Shown here in pieces: positions 38,894 to 51,959 of a stretch of 64,000 nt of DNA (positions are counted from its first letter, which is position 1; every line of letters starts with the position of its first letter). Below the pieces are notes generated by a model, which saw only the letters and a list, made by a program, of their open reading frames with translations, searched no databases and was not told the origin of the DNA. A program made the position numbers and the translations under genes. This DNA is from Vicugna vicugna (Eukaryota): NCBI GenBank assembly GCA_013265495.1, contig MU058432.1, positions 75,985 through 139,984 of the forward strand, read 5' to 3'.

Positions 38894-40444
38894 AAAGTCC
38901 CCATTGATCGCCAGCAGTATTTTTAAGTTTAAAATCCTTTTTGTGTAATATTAATATAGCCACATTTCGACTTACTTATGGTTGCTATTCCAACTTCTAT
39001 TGGAATTTCAGAGATTTTTTTTTACATGGTTGTAATTTTAATAATTTTATATTTAATAATTTTTAATAATATTTAATAATAATAATTTTAATAATTCTCA
39101 CCAGTTATGTGTATCTCACTGGGGAGGGGGGCCCACAGAGGTCCTAAGGTGTAATTACTGAAGTGGAACCCACTTTTTGAAATATGAATTTTCCTTGACT
39201 AGGTTTTCTTTTGATCAGGGGTTTTGTCTTTTATTATTCCCCTGTGAACATTTTAAGCCCATTTTAACCCATGAGATCGTTTTAAAAGGCCTTGTGTGAT
39301 GGGTTTGCACACGGTCTGCAGTAAAGTCAGGTTGCCCAGTCTCGATGGCCATATTTGTACTCAGAAGACAGACTCAAGTTCTGGGAACTGAAGCCTCAGA
39401 GCAGTTGGTTCTGTCAGAACAATACACCTGAAACTAGACTGAATTCTGGACTTATCTGTGTCTTTCCTGGTGTACAAAATGGGGAAGCACTTGGGTCAAA
39501 GTCACATAGCCCATGAAAGTCAGAAATAGAAACCAGCCTTATATTCCATATTTCCTCATTGCCACCGACATCAGTGTAAACCCTTCACCCTTTCACCCTT
39601 TAGTAACTCATTTCCTGTTTCTGAAACAGCATGATATTGCCTAAAAGAGCATGCCATTCGAATGAGTCCCAAGGGCATGGGAATCTTGCCCCTGTCCCAG
39701 TGAGCAAATAGACACAGCCTTGGCAGTGATGCAGGAATAGCCTCACGTCTGGTCCGTCTTCAGTAGCCCTTGTGATTGGTTTTCTTCCTTTGGTCCTGCC
39801 GGTCATTCATAACTCTTCACCATTCTACCTTCTGTCTTTAGGACGAACTGAGGCAAGGGTATGTCCCATGGTTTCCCAAGCTAATATTTGGAAGGTGCCA
39901 TAGAGTTTCTAGATTTCACGTTGAAAAGTACATATCAAAAAAGGACAACACAAACAAGAACGCCACTAATGTCTGTCACCAGAGTGATTAGAAAGTGACT
40001 GTCATACCTCTCTGAAGCAGTCTTGTCCCCTCGTGGAGGTGCATTCTGTGACAGGTTGCTGGGCGTAGTAGACCACTACATCCAGAAGGAGCCTGGGTCA
40101 ACTCATTTCTGTCTTGGGTCTCACAGAGGAGGCAGAAGGAAGGCAGAGGGTCCTGGATGGTCCTTCTTTCGTCTGAGTCTACCTCTTTCCTCTCCTCTTT
40201 GGTATCCCTCCCTCTGTCTCCTGTGAAGCCTCCAGTGTTGTCTCTCTTCTCCCTTCTTCCCACTCCCCAGGGAAATTTGACTCCACTGCCTCCCAAGGGA
40301 CACAGAGCCCCATCCTTTGTTCCCTTTCTGGAATCTCACCAGTGCCATCACCTTGGGCTCTGGCCAGCTGTTAATGGAAGCTGGTTCTGAAGGGAGAAAG
40401 AATGAGATATGCAGGGGAGGGGTTAGCTGGGTCCAGTGCAGACC

Positions 40445-41390
40445 CCTCAACAGCTTAATATTAAAAAAAAAAACAAAACCAAAAACAAAACTGCAACCCA
40501 ATTCAAAAATGGGCAGAAGACCTAAACAAGCAATTCTCCAATGAAGACATACAAATGGCCAATAGGCACATGAGAAAAGGCTCAATATCACTAATTATCA
40601 GAGAAATGCAAATCAAAACTACAATGAGATATCACCTCACACCAGTCAGAATGGCCATCATTCAAAAGTCCACAAACGATAAATGCTGGAGAGGCTGTGA
40701 GAACTGTGAGAAAACCCTCCTACACTGCTGGTGGGAATGCAGTTTGGTGCAGCCATTATGGAAAACGGTATGGAGATTCCTCAAAAGACTAAAAATAGAC
40801 TTACCATATGATCTGGCAATCCCACTCCTGGGCATATATCTGGAGCAAAATCTAATTCAAAAGACATATGCACCCTAATGTTCATAGCAGCACTATTTAC
40901 AATAGCCAAGACATGGAAACAACCCAAATGTCCATCAGCAGATGACTGGATAAAGAAGGTATGGTATATATACAGTGGAATACTACTCAGCCATAAAAAA
41001 TAATGCCATTTGCAGCAATGTGGATAGACCTGGAGATTGTCATTCTAAACGAAGTAAGTCAGAAAGAAAAAGAAAAATATCATACGATATCACTTATATG
41101 TGAAATTTAAAAAAAGGACACAAACAAACTTATCTACAAAACAGAAATAGACTTACAGATATAGAGAACAAACTTATGGTTACCAGAGGGTAAAGGGGGT
41201 GGGAAAGGATAAACTGGAAATTCAAAATTTGCACCCTCTTGGGGAGTGATGGAAAAGTTAGGTATCTTGATTTGGCTGGTAGTTCCATTGGTGTACACAT
41301 CTATCAAAATTCATCAAATTGTACATCTGAAGTATGTGTAGTTTACTGTACAGGAATCATACCATAATAAAGGTGTGAAAAAAGAAAACA
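40445..41390 (+). mobile_element. L1 ORF2 C-terminus and 3'UTR with alternative tail
   Basis: Peptide [36 protein letters not shown]...[14 protein letters not shown]. Confidence 0.95.
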
Positions 41391-42171
41391 ATGAGGATGC
41401 TTGCAGATTACCTCACTCATTGCTAGAAAGCAAAACTGAGTCTTAATATTTCTTCTCAAGGCACCATAATTCAGTCCTACATTAAGAGAGTTTATTCTCC
41501 CTGTGAACATGACTTTGACTCTGCTCCAAGAGGACGCAATACCCTTGGCATGATCTGTGAGGGATATTGGATTTGTTCCTGAGCCAGTGCTCAGCACCAC
41601 GTTTGTTAGGAACGGTAGATCTGGTGGCGACTTGTTTTTCTACTCTCTTTCACGCGTAAGGGGCAGGGGGTCACCATCCATTTTATCACTGGTACGTATT
41701 ACTAATTTTACCATTTTGTAAGGACATTGTGACGCATGGAGAAAAGTTAATACACAGCTAGTACATTGCAAAACTAGGTTCTGAACGCTCATTTCCTGCT
41801 ATCAAAGACTGGTGCTCTTTGTGCTTCATCTGAATTGCTTATGACTAGAACAAACATAAAATGTTGAAAAGAGCTCAGTCAGGTGTGATTCTGATCTCAT
41901 GATTCTTCAGCACACTGGTGTTCCTTTGCTCAGTTCCTTCAGCAGGACGTGTTCTTTACTGATCAGCCTCTTTGGCTCACGTTTTTTGATCCTGTTCTAG
42001 GAACCATCTGACCTCCCTCTTCCCTTGCCTTGTTCCTCCTCACCTCTCGGAGAGGTCTTCCCACCTTGACCCCATTCTTTCTTATCTCAGTTTACCATTT
42101 TGTTTCCATCACAAACCTTCAAACCAGCAGAAGTCCCCATTAGTAGACTGTATAGACAAACTAGTTTTACT

Positions 42172-42495
42172 TTTTATTTATTTTATTTAATTTTTTAAAT
42201 AGAGGTATAGTCAGTTTTCAATGTTGTGTCAATTTCTGGTGTACAGCACGATGCTTCAGTCACACATGAATATACATATATTCATTTTCATATTCTTTTT
42301 CACCGTGAGCTACTACAAGATCTTGAATGTAGTTCCCTGTGCTATACAGTATAAACTTGTTTATCTATTCTATATATACCTGTCAGTATCTACAAATCTC
42401 AATTATTTTTTAATTTTATTGAGTTACAGTGAGTTTACAATGTTTTGTCTGTTTCTGGTGTCCAGCACAATTTTTCAGTCATACATGAACATACA
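42172..42495 (-). mobile_element. two adjacent antisense L1 3'-end fragments
   Basis: Repeated tttacaatgttgtg/ttttcaatgttgtgtcaatttctggtgtacagcac motifs. Confidence 0.8.
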
Positions 42496-45400
42496 AACTG
42501 GTTTTATACTTTTGGATGCAGCAATTCTTCAAATATACTTAGAGCCGAAAGTTTTTAGGAAAATGGTCATACTGAAAATTTCCTGAGATGATTACTGATT
42601 TGGTCCTAGACACATTCAGTGACACGAAGGAAGCCCAGGTAAATTCCAGGGACTGAATTGATGATAACAGCAGCAAAATTTCCTTCAGCCAGATTTTTAA
42701 TAGTGTATGCTCCGTGCAAGAGGATCATGTGTTTCCTTTTAATCTTTATGAAACGTTAGATGTAGGTGAGGAAATTGGAGGCTCAGAGAATGTGCAACGT
42801 CTGTGTAACTGTCCAGGCTCAATCAGTTGGTAGGTGGCAGGTGTGTGCACTGGGGCTGGCCTCACCTTAGCCCCTGCCCTGTGTGACCTGGTGTGTCCAC
42901 TTGGGCTGCGGTGCATTGGTTCAAGCTCTTGGAGCAGGTGACTCTAAAGGGAGTCATTGTTTTGGGAGCTCCTACAACACGGTAAGTGTATACTAAGTGT
43001 CTGCCCGGGGTATCCCCTTTAACCCTGAGAATAACTCTTAAGAAGTGGGTGGCATTGCTCTTCCCGTTTGACAGATGGAGAACCCTTGACTCAGTGGATC
43101 ATCATCTTATACAGGGCGCGTGCCTCAGGGCATGCGCATTCCCCCCACCCCAAAGTGCCTGCAGGTCAGGAATGTTAAAGATAGTAATTTCATTATTCTT
43201 ATCTTGTTCTCACAGGGCCAAGCTGTAGGAACGAGCCAATCCATGAAAGCTCCCTGAAGCAAACACAGAGGGCAGATGGAGAAGGGATGGAGGTTCTCGA
43301 CTGGACCCTTTGCCCAGTTCTCAACTTGGACATCTTGTTGGGGTTCCAGCTCTGGCCATCCTGCCCCGATCCTGCACATCTCTCCATGTTTACTCCGGAA
43401 CAGAGTGGACTCCTCTAAGAGCTCACCTCCAAGCTTTGTCTGCTAACGGTCAAGGGAAATATTGGGAGAAGCCCATTTCCCACAGTGGTTCCAGGTTCAC
43501 ACCCCACCATGACTCTCTGGGGTCTGAGTGATTTCCAGCTTGCCTGGCTGAGTGGTCATGAGGACAGCCAGCCTTGTCCTCTTCTAAAGGGATAATGGAG
43601 CCAGGGTGCCGCAGGCATGTCCAGTGTCCTTAGTTTTAAGAACAAAGGTTGGACTGTGCTGAGAGCCTGCTTCTCTTGGGTCCCTGGACTTCTTGGCTAG
43701 TCAGAGGGGGCTCTGCTTCAGAGGCGTGCTTTCATATAATACCTCGTGAATGCTCCCAGCCCTCCGACCCTGACAGCTCCTCAGCGATGACAGAGCAGTG
43801 ACCCCGGAACAGGGAGGAAGAGAGCTGAGTCGTTGTTGTCAACCCCAGGGGCAGAGGCTGGTCCCACATAAGCCGTGTCAGAGTGGGAAGATTATTGGCC
43901 CTGGTGTCTGAAGGCCTAGAGGTCAGAGTGGCCTCTCTGTAGCTCAGTCTCCCCAGCTGTCGGGGGGATAATGATATTCACCTTGTCCAGGGCCCTGGGA
44001 GGGGCAGACCCGGCTCTGCTGCGAGTGGTCACGCACAGCCCAGTTCATCACACGTGATCATGTGCCCCCGTGGTGTTACTGTTAAACGACACTGGAAAGA
44101 CCACAGTGGAATGGGGTAAGGATTCCAGGAGGAAATGATGAGCAGGCCTTTCCTCAGGGGTCCGGTGTTCCCATTTTACAGATGGGGAGCTCAGGCCCTG
44201 CAAACCAGGTTCATAAGTAACTTATGGGACAGGAGGAGCAAAGTGTGGATTCCGATCCGGATCTGCCTGGGTATCAGGTGTCTTCTGAGAAGAAGAACAT
44301 GGATCAGCCTGATTTTCCAGTCCATCCTCGGCTTCAATACTGGAGCGGCCCCTGGGGCTATTATCCCAAAGGCAACACTTCCTGTATCCTCAGATCCTCT
44401 CCCACTCACATCCGATTGGCTGCTCCTGCTCCCACCTCCCCCACTGGGCCCTGCCAAGCAGCTGGAGTGAAGACTGAATAGGGTTCTGTTACAGAGGGAG
44501 CTGCCTTTTTTTAGGAAAATGTTATCATGGGCAGCGGGGGCTGCAGGGGGAGAGAGGAGAGAGTAAGAGATGGCCAGAGGCTCTGCTGATTGAAATGACC
44601 CAGATTTTGCATTCTGCCTGAGACCACCGCAGACCTCTCTATTTAAAACCAAACATGCCCCCTCCGCTGCCCCTAGGACTGTCCATCCCTCACCTTCGCT
44701 CTTCTCTGTCTTTTCGCCAGATCAGTCACCACCTTCTGGCCTACCCTGTAATTTGCTCATTTATCACTTTCTTTGTGTCAGATCTGCCCCTCTAGACTAC
44801 ACTCCAGGAAGGCAAAGTTTCTGTCTCTTTGCTCAAATACCTCCCAAATGCCCGGAGCAGGCTTGACACATGGTGAGTGCTCCAAGAATGTTTGTTGAAT
44901 GAGTGCATGACCCACAGAAAAGGTCAAAGTGGGCATCAGATGGACAAGAAGTATTTTTCAAGAGCAGGGAACTCAGGTTTGACTGCCAGCTGGGGGTGTC
45001 GGTGTGATGCGCACCCCACAACCCCTGCATCCTCAGTTCCCTACCTGCTGTGTGTGTCTGTGCGTGTCTGTGTGTGTGTGTGTGTGAGTGAGGGTGAGTG
45101 TCTGATGTGGCAGGAACAGCAGAATGATGAGGAGGGCAGGGAACTCAAGTTCGCACTCAAATCCAGGAGCAGGCACAGCACAGTAGCAGGGCTGGGAGGG
45201 ACCTGGGCTGCCCCGAGCTCTCACCAGGACGGCACTGGCAGATGAGCTGCCTGGGGTCTGGGAGGGGGCAACAGCTTGCACAGGGCATCCTGCAGGCAGA
45301 GGCTTCATGGCCCCTCCACCCTGCGAGGCTGCACATCCTCATCTTGGCTGGAGGAGCCTGAGAATTAGTGAAGTTCAGACACTTGCCCGAGGGGACCCGA

Positions 45401-45811
45401 GCCCCTTTCCTGAGCTGCACAAACCCCATACGACCTGCTTCTGAGTTCTGACTCTGCCCCAGCGGTGTAACCTTGGACAAGCTGTTATGTTTCCCTCATG
45501 TGCCTTGGTGGTCCCCATCTGTAAATGGGCTAGTAAAGGCGGCTGCTTCACCAGGTTCGGGTAAGGTGGTGCTTGTAATCCATTAACCAGTCATGGAACC
45601 CGTTCAGTGGGCCTCAGTTAACATGAGATGATACCAGCGACACACCTGGCTCCCTCGCACATTTTACCAAAGGCAGGTCTTGAGCAAAGTTGCTTTCAGT
45701 TCCTGGAGGCCTCAGCGAGTTGACCAGCATCACTTGTGGTTGGGCGGGGCCCAGTCTGGCTCAGAGGCCCCTCCCTGGAGGAGGCTGTACTTTCTGATTG
45801 CAGCTACCTGC

Positions 45812-45818
45812 TATATAA
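45812..45818 (+). promoter_or_regulatory. LYPD8: probable LYPD8 TATA box (TATATAA)
   Basis: TATATAAGG about 25-30 nt upstream of a short exon ending in a strong AAG|GTGAG donor. Confidence 0.6.
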
Positions 45819-45841
45819 GGTCCCTTACACCCCTGCTACAA

Positions 45842-45895
45842 GCTTCTGCCGGGACCCACCCTCTGGAGGGCAATCTCTGGGCCGAGACCGAGAAG
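45842..45895 (+). other. LYPD8: probable non-coding first exon of LYPD8
   Basis: Lies between the TATA box and the donor GT at 45896-45897. The ATG exon has its own acceptor (AG 48211-48212), so an upstream exon is required. TSS approximate. Confidence 0.55.
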
Positions 45896-46794
45896 GTGAG
45901 GGGCTGGGGCTGGGCTGTGGGACTCAGGCTGGGAGAAGCTGAAAGCAGAGGCGGGGCATTCAGGGCGGGCTGGGGGACAGCGCATCTCATGGCTCCTGCT
46001 CCTTGGGCAGTGCTCAGGGGAGGGGCGGCTAGAGCGGAGAGGTGCTGGGGTTTGCTCCGTGTGTGTGATGCTCTGTCCTTCTCATGGCTTCTGTGAGCCC
46101 TCGCTCCTCTGTGCGGAAGGTGAGAGCCATTGTGGTAGGTCCCTCTCAGACTGTTGAAAATATCCAAGGGTAGAAGGAGTGGGAAGGCCTTTGCAAAGCG
46201 GTGGACACACGCCTCTCGTTCTCACTTGCCCCACGGGGCCCCCTGCCCCGACCCCCACCTCGCTGACCCCTCTCTCCCACGGAGGTGGGGAGCCAGGCTC
46301 TGGGCCCCACCACCTCCAGGTGCTGTCTCTCTGCTGCATGTCCCTGGATAAGGTCCTGACCTCTCCGGGCCTCCAGTGTTTCCCCCTGGAAATGGGGCTA
46401 ATCGTCAGGGCTCCGCCCCAAGGGCTCAGGCGGTTTGTCTGCTTAACTGATGTCACTGCCGTGGCCTCTTTAAGGTCACCTCCTTCCCTCCCCTCTCCTC
46501 TTCCCCCGTCCCCACAAGGCTTCCCCGTCCCTTCCCAGGAGGCCCGACCCCTGAACCTCTCTCTGTCCTGGGTTTCCGGGCCTGGAAGGTGACTGGGCCG
46601 GGAAGGATACAAGGTTCCGCGCACAGAGGAACTGCCACGCGCTCCACACCAGACGTACGTTATCTGTTCTCCCTGGATCTCTAAGTGGCGGGGCCACGGG
46701 CTAACTGACAGGCCCTCTGTTCCCCTGATGGGCTGGTTTCTCCTCCTCCTTTTCACCAACCCCTGATGAGTTAACTAGGGGAGCATAGGTGCAG

Positions 46795-46918
46795 GGGTGC
46801 GTGTGTGTGTGTGTGTGTGTGGGATGTGTGTGTGGGTGTGTTAGTGTGGGGGGGTGTGTGTTTATGTGTGTGCTGTGTGTATATGTTGGTGTGGGGGGGG
46901 TGTATACGCGGTGTGTGC
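46795..46918. repeat. (TG)n-rich imperfect microsatellite
   Basis: Directly visible. Confidence 0.9.
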
Positions 46919-48267
46919 ACATCTCGGTGAGGTGGGCGGCAGGAGGCGGGCTGGGGCTCCCAGGTGAAGATGGGGTGCTCCTTAGCAAGCGGGCAGCTAT
47001 CACGGTGCAACTCAGCGTCGGACCGGGAAGGACCCGGAGCGCACCCAGTGCTGGCCTCACAAGCTGGGTGAGCTCGGGCAGGTTCCAGCACCCCTCCATC
47101 GGCCAGTTCCATCACCCCCCCCATCGGTCAGTTCCGGCTGCCCACCTGGGGGCTGGGCTGCAGCCTCCGCGGCCGCACCGCGCACCGGGGCTGTCTGCAG
47201 GGAAGGGTGTGTCTGTACCTGCACTGGCCCACACGGCGGCCACCTGTGCGGCGTGGCTGGTGACTGAGAAACAGAATGTTTCCTTTTCATTCCTCCAATG
47301 AATCTGAATGTAAGTGGCCATCTGTGGCTCATGGCTACCGTTTATAGGATAAATGAGCTAACGATGAGGGAGGCCGGGTTCCCCTTCCGCACTGCTTTGA
47401 TACAGGGGCAAGTGGACATTCTGGGAGGTCTGATTCAGGATCCTGATAAATACAAATGAATCTTAGCTATGAGTCGATTTGCAGGTGCAGAGAGATTGAA
47501 GGCTCGCCGGTCAGCGGTGTGCGCGGGCCTCTAATTTCAGCCCTGCGGGTTGAGTGTATCCAGGCCCCAGGGCTTTGGGAGTCACGGAGACCGTGTGGAG
47601 TGGAGCTTAGGGGCCTGGACCAAACCCAACTGTAACACCTCCTAGGAGTGCGACCCTGACTTTGAATGCTTCACTTAACCTTTCTGAGGCTTGATTTCCC
47701 CTTGAAATGAGGGTGATGCTCATAATAGTGCCTGCCTGCTGGGAGGGAGGAATTACAGGAATCAATGCACCTTAGTGCTAGGAACAGAATAGATGTCTGC
47801 CTGTTGGAGTGATGATGGCAGAGACAGAGCCTCAAAGTGTGAATGTGGCAAGATACCAACCACAGGATGGACATCACGCTCTGGGAGGGGAGAGCCAGCT
47901 TTCTTCCTGGACCCCCATCCTCAGTGGGTCCGCCTGCCCATTTCCTTCCCACAGCGGCTCTGTAGGAAGGCCCCCGGCTGTGTTTCCTGTCTCTGTGTAG
48001 ATCCTTCTGCAGGTGTCTAGGATTGGGGAAATCCGGACTGTTGTAGGTCTACGGGCAGGGTGGACCCTGCATCGCGGCTCTGTGACCCCCGCTGAGGATG
48101 CTGACTCTTTCTGTGACAAGGATGAAGCTGTGTACGTGTGATTGCAACCCTAGGGAATGTCACTCCCCAGTAGCCTCGGAACCCCCAGACTTCCTTCTTT
48201 ATGTCTCTTCAGGCTTCAGGCTCTGCGGCCACAGTCCTCGTCCTCGGAAGACGTCAGGTCCGGCACC

Positions 48268-48322
48268 ATGAAGGGCTTCCTCGTTGCGGGTATCACCGCA
48301 CTGCTCACGGTTGCAGCTGTAG
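48268..48322 (+). CDS. LYPD8: LYPD8 coding exon 1 (signal peptide)
   Basis: Kozak ggcaccATG; MKGFLVAGITALLTVAAV; phase-1 G|GTGAG donor; resembles recalled human MKGILVAGITAVLVAAV. Confidence 0.95.
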
Positions 48323-48700
48323 GTGAGGGAAACCACGCGGCCCCCTCTTGGGATGAAAACCCCTTGTCTTTCCTCCTGGTCCTCTGGGACCCTCTCATGT
48401 GACTTCTCATGTCAAGGTGTGGTCAGCGCGGAATATTCTCACTCCGTGCGCGCTGCTCCTGGTCGCACTGTGCTGTGGGTCAAGGCTGGGTCTTCCCATT
48501 GGGGAATGACGGATGGGGGGAGAAACTTAACGGGGGTGGCTCCATCTCACAGCCTGAAGTTTGGCTGAGGGGGGAGCCCAGAGGGGAGGGATACCATCTG
48601 AGTTGCTTTTTGACCCTGAAGTTACTGCAATGCTTTGTCCAAAGTATACTCTGTAAATGTCTCCTGAATGTTGACGATGCCAGACACCTTGTGTCCCCAG

Positions 48701-48820
48701 AATCCCTGAAATGTCTGCAGTGTAATTCATGGGGAAACTCCTGTGTCAACGCAAATGCCACTGAATGTCCTGCAAATGTCAGCACCAGCTGTACCTCCTT
48801 CTTGACCATCGCTTCTGTAG
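48701..48820 (+). CDS. LYPD8: LYPD8 coding exon 2 (LU domain 1, first half)
   Basis: ccccag acceptor; ESLKCLQCNSWGNSCVNANATECPANVSTSCTSFLTIASV; G|GTGAG donor; 120 nt. Confidence 0.95.
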
Positions 48821-49507
48821 GTGAGCCGAGGGGCGACCATCATTCCCATTTCCGACACTTGGGGAGGGCAGGAACTGGGGAGTTGGGCCAGGAAAGGAAG
48901 GCCGAGGGCAAGGCTGAGCTGCGCAAGCAGGGAGGGGGGCCACGAAGTCACCTCCCAGGAGAAGCAACAAGCCGGGGTCAGACGGTAACACAGTGGCAGA
49001 GCCAAGCGAGCAGACAAGCCCTGTGGCTCCTTGGAGTTGCTGTCGCCAACTGGGACCTCATTCTAGACCAGCCTTCCTTCTTCTCGCTGTTCCTTTCTAC
49101 CCCAGATCCAACATACTCTCTCTCAGGCTTTCTTTCAGGGTGTTCCGCTGGCATGATTGTTACCTCTCTCTCAGCACACTTTGATTTATTTTTAACTTTT
49201 TATTATGGACATTTCACACATATACAAAAGCAGGAAGAAGCTATGATGAACTGCCACGTAACCATCATCCTGTGTCAACAACAAACTTTTAGCTGTTTTT
49301 TTTCCCCGTAGTATATTAAAGCAAACCTAGATAACATGTTACTTCCCCTATGAACAATTCACTACTCATCTCTGATAAGGACTTTTTCTTTCTTTCTTTT
49401 TTCTTTTTATGTAACTACCACACCACTATCACACCTAAGAAGATCAGCTGCAATCCTTTAATTTCTTCTAATACTCACGCCACCTTAAAGATGTTCCAAA
49501 TGTTTCA

Positions 49508-49672
49508 GAGGGGAGGGTATAGCTCAAGTGATAGAGCGCATGCTTAGCATGAACAAGGTCCTGGGTTCAATCCCCAGGACCTCCTCTAAAAATAAATAAA
49601 TTAATGAACCTAATTACCCCCCACCAAAACAAAAACATTAAAAAAAAAAGGAAAACAAACAAACAAACAAAA
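49508..49672 (+). mobile_element. tRNA-derived SINE (camelid Vic-1 type) in a LYPD8 intron
   Basis: A and B boxes, A-rich tail, perfect 17-bp TSD ATGTTCCAAATGTTTCA at 49491-49507 and 49673-49689. Confidence 0.92.
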
Positions 49673-49949
49673 ATGTTCCAAATGTTTCAAAGATGTGTTA
49701 TATATAGACGATGCGTTGGAATTTGGATCCAAACGAAGTCCTCACATTGCATTTTGCTGTTAGGTCCACTGTGTCTAATTCGTTGAATGATAGCTAACAT
49801 CACTTTTTTTTTTTTTTTTGCTCAATCCCATTGATTTGTTGGAGAAATAAGGCCATTTGTCCTGTAACTGTCTCACAGTTCAGCTTTGCTCCCTTGTGGT
49901 GTCATTTCTCTTGTTCTTCTATTTCTGGTATTTCTTGTAAACAGCATCC

Positions 49950-50122
49950 ACGCTGCCAGTAGAACATTCCTCAGGGGTGGAAATGTCTGTATCAGTGATG
50001 GCCTGTCCTGTAGCCACATGTAGCTATCAATCAATTGAAATATGGTTAGTGTGACTGAGGAGCTGAATTTTAAACAGCATCACAGGTAGCTAGTGGCTAC
50101 CGTATTGGCTAGCTCTGGTCTA
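49950..50122. mobile_element. MER3-like hAT fossil
   Basis: tagaac...ggaaatgtc...tagccacatg...gtgactgagga.ctgaatttt...gctagtggctaccgtattgg. Confidence 0.65.
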
Positions 50123-50493
50123 GAAGCTTGACTAGCTTCAAGTTCAACATTGTGCTGCACACTGGCCCATCCCATCTGCTTGGCTATATTTAGAGATTCT
50201 AAGACTGATCATGGGCTCTGGGGTATCAGTCTGAACCACCCATTTCTAGGCTCCCCAACTGCCTTCCACCTGGAATTTAATCTGCATCTCTGATAACACC
50301 CTGATAATACTACCTTATGGGGAAGGATTTTTTTTTTTTACAGAAAACTCTCTCCAGTGTCCCCCATCCCCCAAATCGCATTGGGCTGAGGGGGTGTTTT
50401 CCGCCCTTGGCTGAAGCAGTCACCCTTCAGGGTCTCTGCCCTCCCTGAACTCTGTGCACCCAGGCCTGACGATCTGTGTTTGTCTTTGTGCAG

Positions 50494-50652
50494 AAGGAAA
50501 CTTCATATTTTACCAGAATTCGGCCTGCTCTGCACACAACTGCAGTGGGATGGAGGCTTACAGTTTCAGTGTCCACACGGCTAACGAAAACTTTGTATTT
50601 GTAAGCCAGTGCTGCCAAGGAGGCCCGTGCGGTAACGTCACTGTCACTGCAG
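50494..50652 (+). CDS. LYPD8: LYPD8 coding exon 3 (LU domain 1, second half)
   Basis: tgtgcag acceptor; EGNFIFYQNSACSAHNCSGMEAYSFSVHTANENFVFVSQCCQGGPCGNVTVTA; G|GTGGG donor. Confidence 0.93.
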
Positions 50653-50904
50653 GTGGGTGCTGGCCGTGCGCGCCCCTTTCTCTGTCCTCCCAGCTCCGTC
50701 CCTTCCTTCACCACCTGTGTTCTCACAGGATATCTTAAGTCAAGGTGCGTCAGTGCATATTTGAGCAGCATTAGCAGCTGACATACAAGAATTCCTTAAG
50801 ACACAAGTGAGGAAAACCAGCATTACTACCGTGCTTTCCCCTTTCTCAGTAAAGACAGAAATCACAGCGCTCCAAGGTGTGTGCAAAGGATTAGATGCTC
50901 ATTT

Positions 50905-51425
50905 GTAATCTCAACCCCTTGTGGTCTCAGGCCCTCTTCTAAGACTCTTAAGTCTTAAAAATTTTTGAGGATCCCAAATAACTTGTGTTTAGTGGATTAT
51001 ATCTATCAATATTTACTCTATTAAAAATCAAGGCTAAGAAATTTAGAAATCTCTATTAGTTCACTAAAAATAATAAAACCCATTACATGTTAACATTAAT
51101 AACATTTTTTTTACACAGAAATAACTATTTTCCAAAACAAAAAAATAATTTAATGAGGAGAGTGGCATTGCTATATGTTTCCTCAAAGCTCTTTCATTTC
51201 TGGTTTAATGGAGTAGAGCTGGATTCTCAGATTTGCTTGTTCATTTAGTTCGTTGCAATCTCACATGTCATTTGGCTCCTGGAAAACTTCATTGTATTTT
51301 CATGAGAGAAAGAAAGTAAAAGGGGCAAAGAGTATCTTAATATTACCATGAAAATGATTTTGACCTAGTAGACTCCCTGCAAGGGTTCCCCACGGGTTCC
51401 TGGACCCCAGTTTGAGAACTGCTGG
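50905..51425. mobile_element. Charlie1-like hAT DNA transposon fossil
   Basis: ggtctcagg...tcttaaaaatttttgaggatcccaaa...aatgaggagagtggcattg...tttgagaactgctg. Confidence 0.65.
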
Positions 51426-51959
51426 TCAAGACCGAAGCCTTCTTTGTGAAGAAGAGAAAATGTGGCCATAGTCACAGAGTTCATTATTAGCAGAGCTGGG
51501 TCTCTGTATAATTCCCGCCCACCCCCCTCCCCAGTCACATTCTTAAATAATGGCCTGTGTCCTTCTGTTCAGAGCAAGATTGAATGACAGTTGTACACCT
51601 GTTGGCAAGTGTTCAGAATAGCTGACTAATTCTGACATTGGCTACAGGTTGTTTTTAGCTCAAAATCTCACCTTTCCTGTCCCCATCCCACCACACTCAC
51701 TGACCACAGTTCTTGAAGACTGACTGGTGTGTAAAGGTAGGTGTATGAGGTTGTGTCTTGTAAATATTTTGATGGGATGTGGGGGTGAGGTGACTGGTGT
51801 TTTTAAGGCAGGATCTGAGATTCCTGAGCACGCAATTGCTCCGTTCCTCGGGTCTCTGACTAGTGTGTCTGCCTATTCCCTTCCAGCCCTTCCCCTCTGG
51901 GCGGTACCAGGATCTCTGTCATAACACACTTCTGAGTTAATGACTCTTCTTCCACCCAG

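Noticed and set aside
40021..40130. Possible further LU exon (CIL*QVAGRSR...AW...SW)
   Set aside because: Only one real Cys, wrong acceptor phase and no partner exons found; compatible with chance.
44321..44480. Possible LU exon remnant (LQYWSG...GNTSC) after a ttttccag acceptor
   Set aside because: Needs several back-mutations and lacks a clear donor or neighbouring exons; insufficient support.
46082..47301. Long overlapping ORFs (225 aa, 170 aa)
   Set aside because: Products of GC-rich and (TG)n low-complexity intron sequence.
48409..49311. 300-aa ORF
   Set aside because: Intronic read-through around the 120-nt LYPD8 exon 2; only that exon is supported by splice sites.
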